Source: Candidatus Xenobia bacterium (lineage in GTDB: Bacteria; Vulcanimicrobiota; Xenobia; Xenobiales; QWHO01). Taken from it: DNA of 64,000 nucleotides. The notes beneath the pieces were generated by a model. It saw nothing but the letters and a program-made list of their open reading frames with translations, was not told where the DNA came from and did no database searches. Where the stretch lies: assembly GCA_045863235.1 (NCBI GenBank), contig BTUM01000035.1:1-64000 (forward strand), in the 5' to 3' direction. This document shows positions 21,539-31,032 of this stretch, one piece after another. Position numbers and translations under genes: made by a program. Positions within the stretch are counted from its first letter, which is position 1. Each line of letters starts with the position of its first letter.

Positions 21539-23719
21539 TTAGAAATTGTTCGCCCAGGAGAGCGGGGTCAGAGTGAAGTTGGCCGGAGGAAGGGCTGAGA
21601 GAGAGCCCAGGTAGGACGAGTCGAAAGCCAGATTGATCTCGTCGGCTCGCAGGTCGATGGTTCCCTTTCCGTTGGCCCCCGGAGCGCCAGCTGGATCGCC
21701 TCCGTAGGCGATCAGGCTTCCCTCCAAATTGAACTTGCCCCAGTTTCCTGGCAGAGCCGGGCTGCCGAGCCTGGCGATGAAGTCCCCCTGGGCGTAGATT
21801 ACGCCTTTGAGGTTGACGTCGCGGTAGCTATATACCCCGCCGTTGTTGTCCAGGGTGGAGAAGACGATGTCACCCTGGGCATACATGTTCACTCCCGATT
21901 GCTGACTGGCGGCGAAATTGGCACCCAGCCCGGTGATGTTGATGTTGCCTCCCGAGGTGATGGAGCCGCCCTGGCCCTCAATTGCCGAAGTGAGCCGCAC
22001 GTTCCCCTCGGCCGTCAGGACCGCCGCGGTGCCTGCGGGCGGAGCGAACTCGATGGAGAGGTCGGCGGCATTGAGCGTGTCGGCGACTCCGGGTGGGTTG
22101 AGCACGCCGTTGTTGCCGCCTCCCCCGGTGGGCGGCGGCCCGGTGTACCAGACGGAGGCGGCAGCGGTCTGGAGATCGATCGGGTTGAAGGTGATCGACT
22201 GGTTGCTGTAGTCAAATTGATAACCGGGGACCGAGGTCGGGTTGGCCATCATCTGGAGCATCATCGCATAGGTAACCGGGGCGTCGATCGGGTCGTTGAA
22301 ACCGCCGGTATCCCAGTCGACATCGCTCAAGAGATTGCCGGACATGTCGCTGATATCGATGTCGGCTGACCCGCCCTGGGTGTCGAGCAGCAGCTGTTGC
22401 AGCATGGCCGGGTCGGCGGCGATGGCGGCGGCGATGGCCGCATCGTCTCCACCTGCGGCGGCCTCGGGGTCGCCCGGGGGGGCTTCCTCAGAGCCCAGCC
22501 GCGCCACCACGTTGAGCTCGTTGGTACTGGCGGTTGGCCCAACGTAGATGCTGCCTGTGATGGTCAGCTTCTTGTTGGCGGTGTCGAGCACGACCTCCGG
22601 CGGGAGGGGTGGAGGGGTTACGCCCGGGTTGAGGGCATTGACCGGATCCGAGATCCAGGCCGCATAGTCGGAATAGGACATATCGTAGTAGTGCAAGGTC
22701 GCGCCGCCGCCGTTGTCCCACCAGACATAGGTTCCGGCCGCAAGTTGAGGCCCGGTGGGGTCGGCCTTCTTCACATCGGCCCAGGTGAGCTGGTAGTAAG
22801 GGTCGATCAGGTTCTCGGCCCCCACGACCACGCCCTGGGGCGCCGGAGCGGCCGTGTAGTTGGCCTGCAGGCTGGGGTTGGTGGCCGAGCCGATGCGCAC
22901 CTCTCCATCCGGAGAAACGTAGTTGGGCACGGCCCCGCCGGTCACCTTGGCCTCGCCTTTACTGCGCAGGCGCGGGGTGCTGGACGAGTTGGAGGTTACA
23001 TTGACGGCCCCGGACCCGGCTGGCAGCAGGGCCAGGAAGTCCTTGCCGGACATGCTGCCCGACTCCTGGACTTGAGGGCCCATGTCGGGAATCTGGTAGA
23101 CGGCCTCCACCACTTTGCTGGCGACGGCGCTCCCCAGGTTGGGATTCAGGTTGCCGGGGTTGAGCTGGTTGCAGGCCGGTCCAGCTCTTCCCTCGACGGC
23201 CAGGCTGACGGCCCAGATCGGGACACTGAAGGCGGTCGGGCTGCCCGGGCCCACCGAGCTGCCGGGGCCATCGGCCCTGGGAACCGGAGCTGAGGCTCCC
23301 CCGAGCAAGTTGTTGATTGAAACGAACTGGTTCTGGATGGTCAGGGCCGGGTCGTCCAGGCCGTCGGCCCCGGGCGACCCGTCCTGATAGTTGAAGCGCA
23401 GCCGAAACTGCGACCAGCTGCCGTCCGGCGCGCGCACCAGACCCACCACGTTGCCCTGGTCTTCCTGCACGTAGAGGTCGGCGCTGTTGATCGTCACCTG
23501 ATTTCGATTCCCGCGCCAGGCGGGGTTCTGGCGGACCTGAGAGAGTGCGTAGCTGATCCCTGACTCGGCTGCTCGCTGGGCCTGGCCCTGATACAGGGTT
23601 TGCTGGCCTGCCGCAAGATTTCCCGGACCCAGTGCGATGGATGCGGCCACGAACATGACCATTACCACGCTGAGCACGATCACAGTGATCAGCAGGATGC
23701 CGCGGCGTTCGCGCAACAT
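21539..23719 (-). CDS. large PilX/GspK-like minor pilin (cassette B), 726 aa
   Basis: MLRERRG|ILLITV, AQRAAESGISYAL; GAGGTG RBS before ATG 23719. Confidence 0.8.
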   Translation of the reverse strand: MLRERRGILLITVIVLSVVMVMFVAASIALGPGNLAAGQQTLYQGQAQRAAESGISYALSQVRQNPAWRGNRNQVTINSADLYVQEDQGNVVGLVRAPDGSWSQFRLRFNYQDGSPGADGLDDPALTIQNQFVSINNLLGGASAPVPRADGPGSSVGPGSPTAFSVPIWAVSLAVEGRAGPACNQLNPGNLNPNLGSAVASKVVEAVYQIPDMGPQVQESGSMSGKDFLALLPAGSGAVNVTSNSSSTPRLRSKGEAKVTGGAVPNYVSPDGEVRIGSATNPSLQANYTAAPAPQGVVVGAENLIDPYYQLTWADVKKADPTGPQLAAGTYVWWDNGGGATLHYYDMSYSDYAAWISDPVNALNPGVTPPPLPPEVVLDTANKKLTITGSIYVGPTASTNELNVVARLGSEEAPPGDPEAAAGGDDAAIAAAIAADPAMLQQLLLDTQGGSADIDISDMSGNLLSDVDWDTGGFNDPIDAPVTYAMMLQMMANPTSVPGYQFDYSNQSITFNPIDLQTAAASVWYTGPPPTGGGGNNGVLNPPGVADTLNAADLSIEFAPPAGTAAVLTAEGNVRLTSAIEGQGGSITSGGNINITGLGANFAASQQSGVNMYAQGDIVFSTLDNNGGVYSYRDVNLKGVIYAQGDFIARLGSPALPGNWGKFNLEGSLIAYGGDPAGAPGANGKGTIDLRADEINLAFDSSYLGSLSALPPANFTLTPLSWANNF

Positions 23720-23753
23720 TCTCACCTCGCTTCTCGCACCATCTCCCCGAACG

Positions 23754-23762
23754 ATCATAGCA
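23754..23762 (-). promoter_or_regulatory. extended -10 element upstream of cassette B
   Basis: TGCTATGAT on the minus strand, 35 bp upstream of the start. Confidence 0.5.
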
Positions 23763-23902
23763 CTCCTTTCGCCAATGTCAGGTTCCAGGGGTGAACGAAC
23801 AATGCGAGGAGAGAGGAAGGCTGGTGATCCGGTGGTAGCCGGGCGGGCAAAGAAGCTGAGGCAAAGCCAGGGGGATCCCCAGCTCATCGCAAAGCTGCCA
23901 GC

Positions 23903-25027
23903 ATGACCACCAGCCACCCCCCCCTGGCCCGCAGCGCCGGCAGCCTGCGCACCTCCGTCTTCGCCAAGCTGGCCGAGCGGATCAAGGCCTTTGGCTCCGA
24001 CTTCCTGCCGCTCCACATCGGTGACACCTATCGCCTGCCGCCCGAGGCGGCCCGCCTCGAGAAGGTGGACGCTAGCTCGCCCAGCTTCTACAAGTATGCT
24101 CACCCCCACGGCCACGGTGAGCTCCTCGAGGCACTGGGCCACAAGCTCAAGACGCAGAACCGGATACCTGCCGGTACGGACAGTATCCAGGTCGCCAACG
24201 GGGCCACTCAAGCCCTGTCGGCCGCCATCGCCACCGTGCTCGACCCCGAGGACGAAGTGCTGGTGCTCTCCCCTTTCTGGCCTCTCATCACGGGCGTGAT
24301 GCAAAGCAATCGGGTCAAACCGGTGCAGATCCCCTACGGTTTCGACCTCGAGCCCTACCTGACCGAGAAGACCCGGGCGGTTTACTTCGCCAACCCCAAC
24401 AATCCTGACGGACGCGTGGCTACCCTTCAAGAGCTGGAGCAACTGGCCGCCCAGGCCAGCAAGCACGACCTCTGGGTCATCGCTGACGAGGTCTACGAAG
24501 ACTACGTCTTCGACGGTCGCGAGCACGTCTCCATCGCTTCTCTGTCGGGCATGCACGAGCGCACCCTGACCGCCTACAGTTTCTCCAAGAGCTACGCGCT
24601 GGCCGGGGCGCGGGTGGGTTACGTGGTGGCTCACCCCGAGGTCATGGACCCGCTGCGCCGGGTGGCCAACCACCAGGTCTACAACGTCAGCCAGGCCATG
24701 CAGCTCTGTGCCCTGGGAGCCCTGCAGCACGGCCACGACTGGCTCCGCGAGTCGCAAACTCTCTACGAGCAGGCCCGCAAAGCTTTGCATGCCGGGCTGC
24801 AAGGGCGGTGCCCGTTGAGCCAGGGGGGGGCATACCTCTTTCTCGAGCTGGAGAGCGAGCAGGCCATGTGGAGCCTGCTGGAACGGGCTCTGGAGCGCGG
24901 ACTGGGACTGGCCCCCGGCGAGGCTTTCGGACAGGCCCACAAGCACTGCCTGCGCATCTGCTACACGGCCGCTCCGCTGGAGGGCATCGAGAAAGGGGCG
25001 CGCATACTCACCGAGCTGCTCGGATGA
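23903..25027 (+). CDS. PLP-dependent aminotransferase class I/II
   Basis: NPNNPDG, IADEVY and SFSKSYALAGARVG motifs. Confidence 0.92.
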   Translation: MTTSHPPLARSAGSLRTSVFAKLAERIKAFGSDFLPLHIGDTYRLPPEAARLEKVDASSPSFYKYAHPHGHGELLEALGHKLKTQNRIPAGTDSIQVANGATQALSAAIATVLDPEDEVLVLSPFWPLITGVMQSNRVKPVQIPYGFDLEPYLTEKTRAVYFANPNNPDGRVATLQELEQLAAQASKHDLWVIADEVYEDYVFDGREHVSIASLSGMHERTLTAYSFSKSYALAGARVGYVVAHPEVMDPLRRVANHQVYNVSQAMQLCALGALQHGHDWLRESQTLYEQARKALHAGLQGRCPLSQGGAYLFLELESEQAMWSLLERALERGLGLAPGEAFGQAHKHCLRICYTAAPLEGIEKGARILTELLG

Positions 25028-25596
25028 GAGGGGCGGCCCTGGTGCTGGCCGCCGGGCGCTCGCAGCGCATGGGTCGCAGCAAGGCCCATCTCGAGCTGGG
25101 TCAGAGCACCTTTCTGGGCACCATCTTGCAGCGTTTGCCAACCGATCTCTGGGTGGCCGTGGTGGTGGGGGAGAAGACGCCTCTTCCCGACGGAGTCCGG
25201 GGAGTGGTGAACCCGCGCCCCGAGGACGGCCAGCTTTCCTCCCTGCGTCTCGGCCTGCGGGCGGGGGCGGCCGAGCTTCCGTTCACCCTGGTCGCGCTGG
25301 TCGACCAGCCTTCGGTGGCTGCGCTCACCTACCAGCTCCTGGCGGAGGCAGCCGCTGGCGGGCAGGGAGACCTCTGGGTTCCCGCCCACGGAGGCAAGCG
25401 CGGCCATCCGGTGGTGTTCGGGCGGGCCTGCTATGAGGATCTGCTGCACGGACCTCTTCAGGAGGGGAGCCGCTGGGTGGTCGGCCGCCATCGCTCGCGC
25501 CGCGTCGAGGTGGAGGTGGACGATCCCGAGATCCACCGTGACGTGGATACGCCCGAAGACTACCGGAGGCTGTTGCAGGACACCGGAGGGAGTTGA
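25024..25596 (+). CDS. MocA/YgfJ-like molybdenum cofactor cytidylyltransferase family protein
   Basis: LAAGRSQRMG, GQLSSL, LVDQP, RGHPV and DVDTPEDY motifs; ATGA coupling. Confidence 0.85.
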   Translation: MRGAALVLAAGRSQRMGRSKAHLELGQSTFLGTILQRLPTDLWVAVVVGEKTPLPDGVRGVVNPRPEDGQLSSLRLGLRAGAAELPFTLVALVDQPSVAALTYQLLAEAAAGGQGDLWVPAHGGKRGHPVVFGRACYEDLLHGPLQEGSRWVVGRHRSRRVEVEVDDPEIHRDVDTPEDYRRLLQDTGGS

Positions 25597-25600
25597 CCGG

Positions 25601-26401
25601 TCAATTGCGCAGGTAGACCGAGAACGGGGCCGTCCGAGTAAAGCGGCTAACAAAGCAGGGAGCTGCCCCCACCTGGATCTCCCGGCGCGCCTCCTCGATC
25701 GACAGAGCTCGCAGGTCGATGAAGATCTCTCTGGGGATGTTGCTGGGCGGGGGGGCGGTGGAGGACTCGAAGCCCAGCAGCCAGGCGGCGCTGATCTCGC
25801 GCTCGGTGAGTCCCGGCTCGGCCATGGCGGCGAGACTGAACCCAAGCGGGCGGGTCAGGTAAGGGGCGACGTTGGCCAACAAGGTTTCCTCAGTGGTCTC
25901 GTCCGTGGGAATGGTGGCGGCTCCCGAGTCGATCACTTTACGGATCAAGACCTTGTGCGGGCAGCGATCATCGTAGCCGTTAGCGGCGGCGCCTCCCAGG
26001 CAGCTCATCCCGAAGGTTGCGTCGTGGTTGTTGGGAACCACCAGATAGTAAAGGATGTTTCGTTGCCAGAAGGGGGAGCCGTCCTGCTTGTGGACCATCT
26101 CGCCCGTGGCGGGATCGACCGGGGAGAGAAACCAGAGCGCTTCCCCATCCTTGCCGCCCCCACCGAGCGAATCGGGCACCTGAGCCCGTTGCACCTGGCC
26201 GGGGCGACCCACGACGAGGTCTCGCACGATGGCAGCACGAGCTTTGCGCAACTCGCGCATGGCCGTGTCCTGGCTGTTGGTCCTTCGAAAGGTGGCCTGG
26301 CTCTCTCGAAACAAGAGGGCCGTGATCGCCAGGATGGTGGAGAAGATCCCGAAGACCACGATCATCTCCTGCAACGTGTGACCCCCTGGTCTCCTGATCA
26401 C
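25601..26401 (-). CDS. prepilin-like protein (PilW/GspJ-like, cassette C)
   Basis: RRPGG|HTLQEMIVVF; GTGA overlap with the upstream gene. Confidence 0.78.
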   Translation of the reverse strand: MIRRPGGHTLQEMIVVFGIFSTILAITALLFRESQATFRRTNSQDTAMRELRKARAAIVRDLVVGRPGQVQRAQVPDSLGGGGKDGEALWFLSPVDPATGEMVHKQDGSPFWQRNILYYLVVPNNHDATFGMSCLGGAAANGYDDRCPHKVLIRKVIDSGAATIPTDETTEETLLANVAPYLTRPLGFSLAAMAEPGLTEREISAAWLLGFESSTAPPPSNIPREIFIDLRALSIEEARREIQVGAAPCFVSRFTRTAPFSVYLRN

Positions 26402-26871
26402 GGGGCTCCTTCGTTCACCAGGCGGCTGGCCTGGACTTGCAGGCGTCCGTAACCCTGACGGGAGCTGTTGCTCGAGCGCGAGTTCCACCACCACACCACC
26501 ACGTCCACCTTCTTCAGCCGATTGTTGCCTGCCCCGTCTACCGTGTTGGCGTAGATGGCGTATTCGTAGTTCACCGCGCCGATGGTTTCTCCGGTGGGTC
26601 CCCGCCAGGGGGCCGGCCCGGAGGCTGCCCAGAACGAAGCTTTGGTGCCGGCCGGAAGGTCGTTGGCCACCTGGTAGAGGGTCCGGTTCATGATCGACTC
26701 GCTCACCTGGGTGGCCGGCCCGAGCAGAGCAGCCTTCTCACTCGAGCGCAGAGCCGACATGGTGACCCCGATCAGGGTCAGCAAGATCATGACCAGGAGC
26801 CCGATGGCCAGCATGACCTCAGTGAGGGTAAACCCGGGACGAACTCGCCAGATCAGCGGTGGGTGCTCCAC
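26398..26871 (-). CDS. prepilin-type protein (PilV/GspI-like, cassette C)
   Basis: RVRPG|FTLTEVMLAI; KKVDVVVWWW. Confidence 0.82.
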   Translation of the reverse strand: MEHPPLIWRVRPGFTLTEVMLAIGLLVMILLTLIGVTMSALRSSEKAALLGPATQVSESIMNRTLYQVANDLPAGTKASFWAASGPAPWRGPTGETIGAVNYEYAIYANTVDGAGNNRLKKVDVVVWWWNSRSSNSSRQGYGRLQVQASRLVNEGAP

Positions 26872-29009
26872 GCGATGGTTTTGACCTCGAATCCGGGCGG
26901 CAAGATGGAGGAGAGAGCGCCCACGTAGGAGGTATCCAGGATAAGGTCGACCGCCTCAGCCCGCAGGTCGATCTTGCCTTTGCCGTTCGTCCCCGGAGGT
27001 CCGGTCGGATCGCCGCCGTAGGCAACCAGGGTTCCTTCGAGATCGAAGTTGGCCCACTGCCCCGGCAGGGTCTCGCTGCCAAGCCGGGCGGTGAAGTTCC
27101 CTTGAGCATAGACCACGCCTTTCAGGCTGACCGGCTGGTAGGCGTAGTTGCCCGGGACGGTCTCATCGAGGGTGGAGAAGTAGATGTCGCCGGCTGCGTA
27201 CATGTTGACGGCCTCGGAGGAGAAGGTGGCTCCCATTCCAACGATTCGGATGTCGCCATTGCTGGTGATCGAGCCGCCCACGCCCTCCACCGAGCCGGTC
27301 AGACGCACGTCTCCTTCGGAGGTCAGCACCACCGCGCCACCGACGGGAGGATCGAACTCCAGGCTCAGATCGGCGGCCGTCAGGCTATCGGTCACGCCGG
27401 GCGGGTCGATTTCTCCGGCCGGAGGCCCTCCCCCGGAGAAGCCGAACTGGGCTGCGGCGGCAACCTGGTCAAAGGGGATGGGCGCGCACCCCGTGTCCCA
27501 GCCCCAGGTCGGCTGGGTGGTCTGATCAAAAATGTACTTGATGGCATCCTGGTCGCTGGCGCCATTGGTCGAGTTGATCTGAATGTTGGTGGCATCCCAG
27601 ATGATCTCGATCTTGTCGGCCCCGGCGCCGCCTGCGTCTTCCGCGTCAATTTCGCCGGATGGGCCCTGATATTGCAGGAGGAACTGGTGCAGGATTCCCC
27701 CCTGGGAGATGTCTGAGGTCAGGGTCACGGCAGCCGAGTCGGCCATAGAACCGCCGCCCGCCTCCGGGTCGCCGGGAGGTGCCTCGGGCGCGCCTCCACG
27801 GGGAATGATGCTGAGTTCGTTAGTGGTGGCGGTGGGGTTGATGTATAGACTACCCGTCAGCTTCATCTTGTGATTGGCCGGGTCGACCGTCACCTCGGGA
27901 GGAAGGGGGGGAGGCGAAACCCCGGGATTGTTTGCGTTGGCCGGGACCTGGATGAAGTTGACGTAGTCGGTGTAGCTCATGTCGTAGTAGTGGAGGCTGC
28001 CGTCCTGCCACCAGACATAGGTACCGGCAGCCAGCTTGGGGCCGGCCGGGTCGGCCTTCTTTACGTCGGCCCAGGCCAGCTGGTAGAAGGGATCCACGGC
28101 TGCTTCGCCGGCGACGGAAACCTGGGCGGAATCGTAGAGGGTCCCGGCAGTGAGGGCGCTGTCCACGCTCCGAACCTCGCCGTTGTTGGCCAGGAGATTC
28201 TCGCTCGCATTCCCTCCGCTCACGCCGGCCGTGCCCTTGCTGCGGATGCGGGGCGTCTTGGTGGTATCCTTGGAGGTGACGGTGACCTTCCCGGGGCTGC
28301 CGGTGCGGAGTGTGACCGCAAAGTTGCCGGCTGACATGCTGCCCGACTCTTGCACGGTGGGTTGGAGGTTGGGAACCTGGTAGATGGCTTCTACGACAGT
28401 GGCGCTGTTGCTGCCGGTCAGGGGCGGGTTCGGGTTGGCCGGACTCAGCTGCTGGCAGGCCGGCCCGGCTTTGCCTTCGGCTGCCAGGCTGACCGACATC
28501 ACGGGAGTCTGGAAGGGTCGGGCGCTGGCCGCGGTCACCGCGTAGCCGGCCCCATCGGCGCGGGGCACCGGGGCGGCGGCAATGCCCTGGAGGTTGTTCA
28601 CCGAGACATACTTGTGGTCGATGAACAGGGTCGCCGGGTCGTCCAGTCCGTCGGCTCCGCCTGCTACCGGGCCATCCTGATAGTTGAAGCGCAGCCGGAA
28701 CTGAGACCAGGTGCCGTCCTGTGTGCGGACCAGGCCGACCACGTTGCCGTTGTCCTCCTGCACCCAGAGGTCGGGCAGGTTGATCGTGACGGCGTTCTTG
28801 TCTCCCCTCCAGAGCGGGTCGGCGCGCAGCCGGGTGAGAGCGTAGTTGAGCCCGGACTCGGCCGCTCGCTGGGCGTGGCCCTGATGAAGCACGGCCTGAC
28901 CGGCCATCAGGTTGCCCGGACCAAGTGCGATGGCCGCCCCCACGAACATGACCAGCACCACCGACAGAACGACGGCGGTGATCAGGACGATGCCCCGGTT
29001 CTTTCTCAC
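26853..29009 (-). CDS. large PilX/GspK-like minor pilin (cassette C), 718 aa
   Basis: MRKNRG|IVLITA, AQRAAESGLNYAL; colinear paralog of 21539..23719. Confidence 0.8.
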   Translation of the reverse strand: MRKNRGIVLITAVVLSVVLVMFVGAAIALGPGNLMAGQAVLHQGHAQRAAESGLNYALTRLRADPLWRGDKNAVTINLPDLWVQEDNGNVVGLVRTQDGTWSQFRLRFNYQDGPVAGGADGLDDPATLFIDHKYVSVNNLQGIAAAPVPRADGAGYAVTAASARPFQTPVMSVSLAAEGKAGPACQQLSPANPNPPLTGSNSATVVEAIYQVPNLQPTVQESGSMSAGNFAVTLRTGSPGKVTVTSKDTTKTPRIRSKGTAGVSGGNASENLLANNGEVRSVDSALTAGTLYDSAQVSVAGEAAVDPFYQLAWADVKKADPAGPKLAAGTYVWWQDGSLHYYDMSYTDYVNFIQVPANANNPGVSPPPLPPEVTVDPANHKMKLTGSLYINPTATTNELSIIPRGGAPEAPPGDPEAGGGSMADSAAVTLTSDISQGGILHQFLLQYQGPSGEIDAEDAGGAGADKIEIIWDATNIQINSTNGASDQDAIKYIFDQTTQPTWGWDTGCAPIPFDQVAAAAQFGFSGGGPPAGEIDPPGVTDSLTAADLSLEFDPPVGGAVVLTSEGDVRLTGSVEGVGGSITSNGDIRIVGMGATFSSEAVNMYAAGDIYFSTLDETVPGNYAYQPVSLKGVVYAQGNFTARLGSETLPGQWANFDLEGTLVAYGGDPTGPPGTNGKGKIDLRAEAVDLILDTSYVGALSSILPPGFEVKTIAWSTHR

Positions 29010-29116
29010 GTGCCCCCCTCGGCATGAAGTTCCCTTGAGATCTTACCGCGGAAATCACCGCATTCAAGCCCGCTTCATTTCAGAGATTTTTCGGCCCCGC
29101 CGACGAGCATGGGAGG

Positions 29117-30121
29117 ATGAAGATTGTGCCCGCCGTCGTCGCTCAATCCTTGCCCGTCCCCGCCCGCGAGTACCGAGGCTCGGTGGAGCAGAGCCACTGG
29201 GTGCGCGATGCCGACCTGGAGACCTACACCCGCACCTGCGCCGGGGTGGGAGCCGCCAGCTTCGCCCTGGCCAGCCACTTGCTGATGCTGGGCGCCGGGG
29301 CCTGGGCAGGCTCCAGCGTGGGCTCGGCTGTCGGAGGACCCATCGGGGCCCTGGTGGGAGGAGTGGCGGGAGCTTACGGAGCCTTCAAGCTGCAGAGCAA
29401 GACCCTGATCGGCCGCCAGCTGGGCGGCCGGGCGGGGGCCGCCCTGGGCGCGCTGGCCGCGCCTTTCGTCAAGTCCGCCGGCATCCCGCTGCGCAGCAAC
29501 CACGTGCACGAGACGCGCAACTTCAGCTACGGCGAGATGGTCAAGAAACTGGGCACCACCCAGTCCACCAGCCATCCCCACATCTCCGCCGCCGAGGCCG
29601 ACGCCTTCATCGCCCAGTTGCAGCCCGGCGACATCGTGCTCACCAACGATGAAGCGGCGACCGTCTTCTCGGTGCTCTGCGCCGCGGTCGACAGCAAGGC
29701 TGACTTCAACCATTCTCTGCTTTACATCGGCAACGGCAAGACCATCGAGTCGCGTACCGTCACCGCGGGGGTGGCCGAAGGCGACATGAAGAGCGTGCTG
29801 ATGAAAAAGCACCACGCCATCTCGATTCGCCCGCACTATCAGGCCGGTCAGGCTCAGGCGGTGATCGACGCCGCCCGAGCGATGATCGGGGTGCCCTATG
29901 ACTACAAGTTCCGGATGGGCAACGAGGCGATGTACTGCTCGGAGATGGTTCAGAAGGCCGTCAAAGCGGGGGCGCCCCAGGTGACCTTCGACCGCTGGAG
30001 CGTGATCGGGCGAGAAGTGATCCTGCCGGGCGACTTCGTGCGCACCGGCCAGGCCGACGTGGTGGCGGAAGCGGGTGTGGATCGCACGCTGTTCGACTCC
30101 TACCTGGGCAAGTTTACCTGA
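29117..30121 (+). CDS. YiiX/YebB-like permuted papain-like (NlpC/P60) amidase with N-terminal glycine zipper
   Basis: LQPGDIVL, FNHSLLYIG, PYDY and YCSEMV (His precedes Cys); GxxxG-rich segment. Confidence 0.8.
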   Translation: MKIVPAVVAQSLPVPAREYRGSVEQSHWVRDADLETYTRTCAGVGAASFALASHLLMLGAGAWAGSSVGSAVGGPIGALVGGVAGAYGAFKLQSKTLIGRQLGGRAGAALGALAAPFVKSAGIPLRSNHVHETRNFSYGEMVKKLGTTQSTSHPHISAAEADAFIAQLQPGDIVLTNDEAATVFSVLCAAVDSKADFNHSLLYIGNGKTIESRTVTAGVAEGDMKSVLMKKHHAISIRPHYQAGQAQAVIDAARAMIGVPYDYKFRMGNEAMYCSEMVQKAVKAGAPQVTFDRWSVIGREVILPGDFVRTGQADVVAEAGVDRTLFDSYLGKFT

Positions 30122-30249
30122 CCGCCAGGCGCTGCGCTTGCGCGACGACGCCGCAGGCTGGCTTGCGAACGCCAGTTTGTCCCCCGCGGGAACGAACGCT
30201 TGCTCGCTTCGAGTTGGGCGCGCCTGACCGACGTGGACGCTGCTCAGAG

Positions 30250-30364
30250 GTCCCCGAGCTGGAGCCCGGAACGTGCGTTCGTCGTGATCGGGCTCGGAAG
30301 CGGATCATGATCCGTCCCCGAGCTGGAGCCCGGAACGTGCGTTCGTCGTGATCGGGTTCGGAAG
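30250..30364. repeat. two 51-bp direct repeats separated by a palindromic spacer
   Basis: 30250-30300 and 30314-30364 differ at one base; cggatcatgatccg (30301-30314) is a perfect palindrome. Confidence 0.9.
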
Positions 30365-30901
30365 TCAGAAGCTCAGGGTCAGAATGTTGCTGACCAGGCT
30401 CTCATCGAAGATCAGGGCCGGTGGCTCCGCAAACGGACCAGTCTCGCGGCCGGGAACCAGGCGGGCCTGAATCTCAAGCTTGCGGGCGGCCAGCACGGTT
30501 GCCCGTCCGGGCTCACTCTCGAGCAGCTCGAGGAGCCCCACCCGGGCTTCCAGAACCTGCCCCGAGGTCAGCGTCAGGGGCCCGTGATCGTGGACCGACT
30601 CGATGTCGCACCAGCTCCTGGTCAGCTCGAAGGATTGCTTCCCGGCCTGGACGCGAAACGCCAGCATCGAGCTCCAGTCCACCTGGCGGCAGAGGCTGGC
30701 CGGAATGCGCACGGGGGGACCGGAGTTGGTGAGTCGGACCACGAGAACCTGACCGGCCGGAACATTCTTGTCGCAGATCGCGCTCAGGGTCAGGGTGATT
30801 GGGCTGCGTGGGGTCGGTGGCGGTGGGGCGCCCGAGTCCGAGGTCCACCAGCCTGCCAGGGCGATCAGGGCCAGCAAGAACAGAACGTCGGAGCGTCGCA
30901 T
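30365..30901 (-). CDS. hypothetical exported or membrane-anchored protein
   Basis: MRRSDVLFLLALIALAGWW hydrophobic N-terminus; beta-rich body. Confidence 0.6.
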   Translation of the reverse strand: MRRSDVLFLLALIALAGWWTSDSGAPPPPTPRSPITLTLSAICDKNVPAGQVLVVRLTNSGPPVRIPASLCRQVDWSSMLAFRVQAGKQSFELTRSWCDIESVHDHGPLTLTSGQVLEARVGLLELLESEPGRATVLAARKLEIQARLVPGRETGPFAEPPALIFDESLVSNILTLSF

Positions 30902-31032
30902 GGCGTGATGGTCGCAGGCGGGGCCGGGAACTTCCCGAGTCTTCCTTGAGCCGGACCGTGGTCGAGGTGACAGGGCCCCCCGACGCACTCGGCGAACCTG
31001 CGAGAACTCTGCTGTGGGAGGACCATTGCCGC

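Noticed and set aside
23720..25141. 1200-aa ORF 21539..25141 as one protein
   Set aside because: The upstream part is antisense to the aminotransferase; the real start is at 23719, with an RBS and a pilin leader.
20265..29009. Diversity-generating retroelement or shufflon explaining the variable pilin domains
   Set aside because: No reverse transcriptase or recombinase in the window; differences between the copies are not adenine-specific and no flanking inversion sites were seen.
30250..30364. Mini CRISPR array
   Set aside because: Only two repeats, 51 bp long with a 13-bp spacer, and no cas genes.
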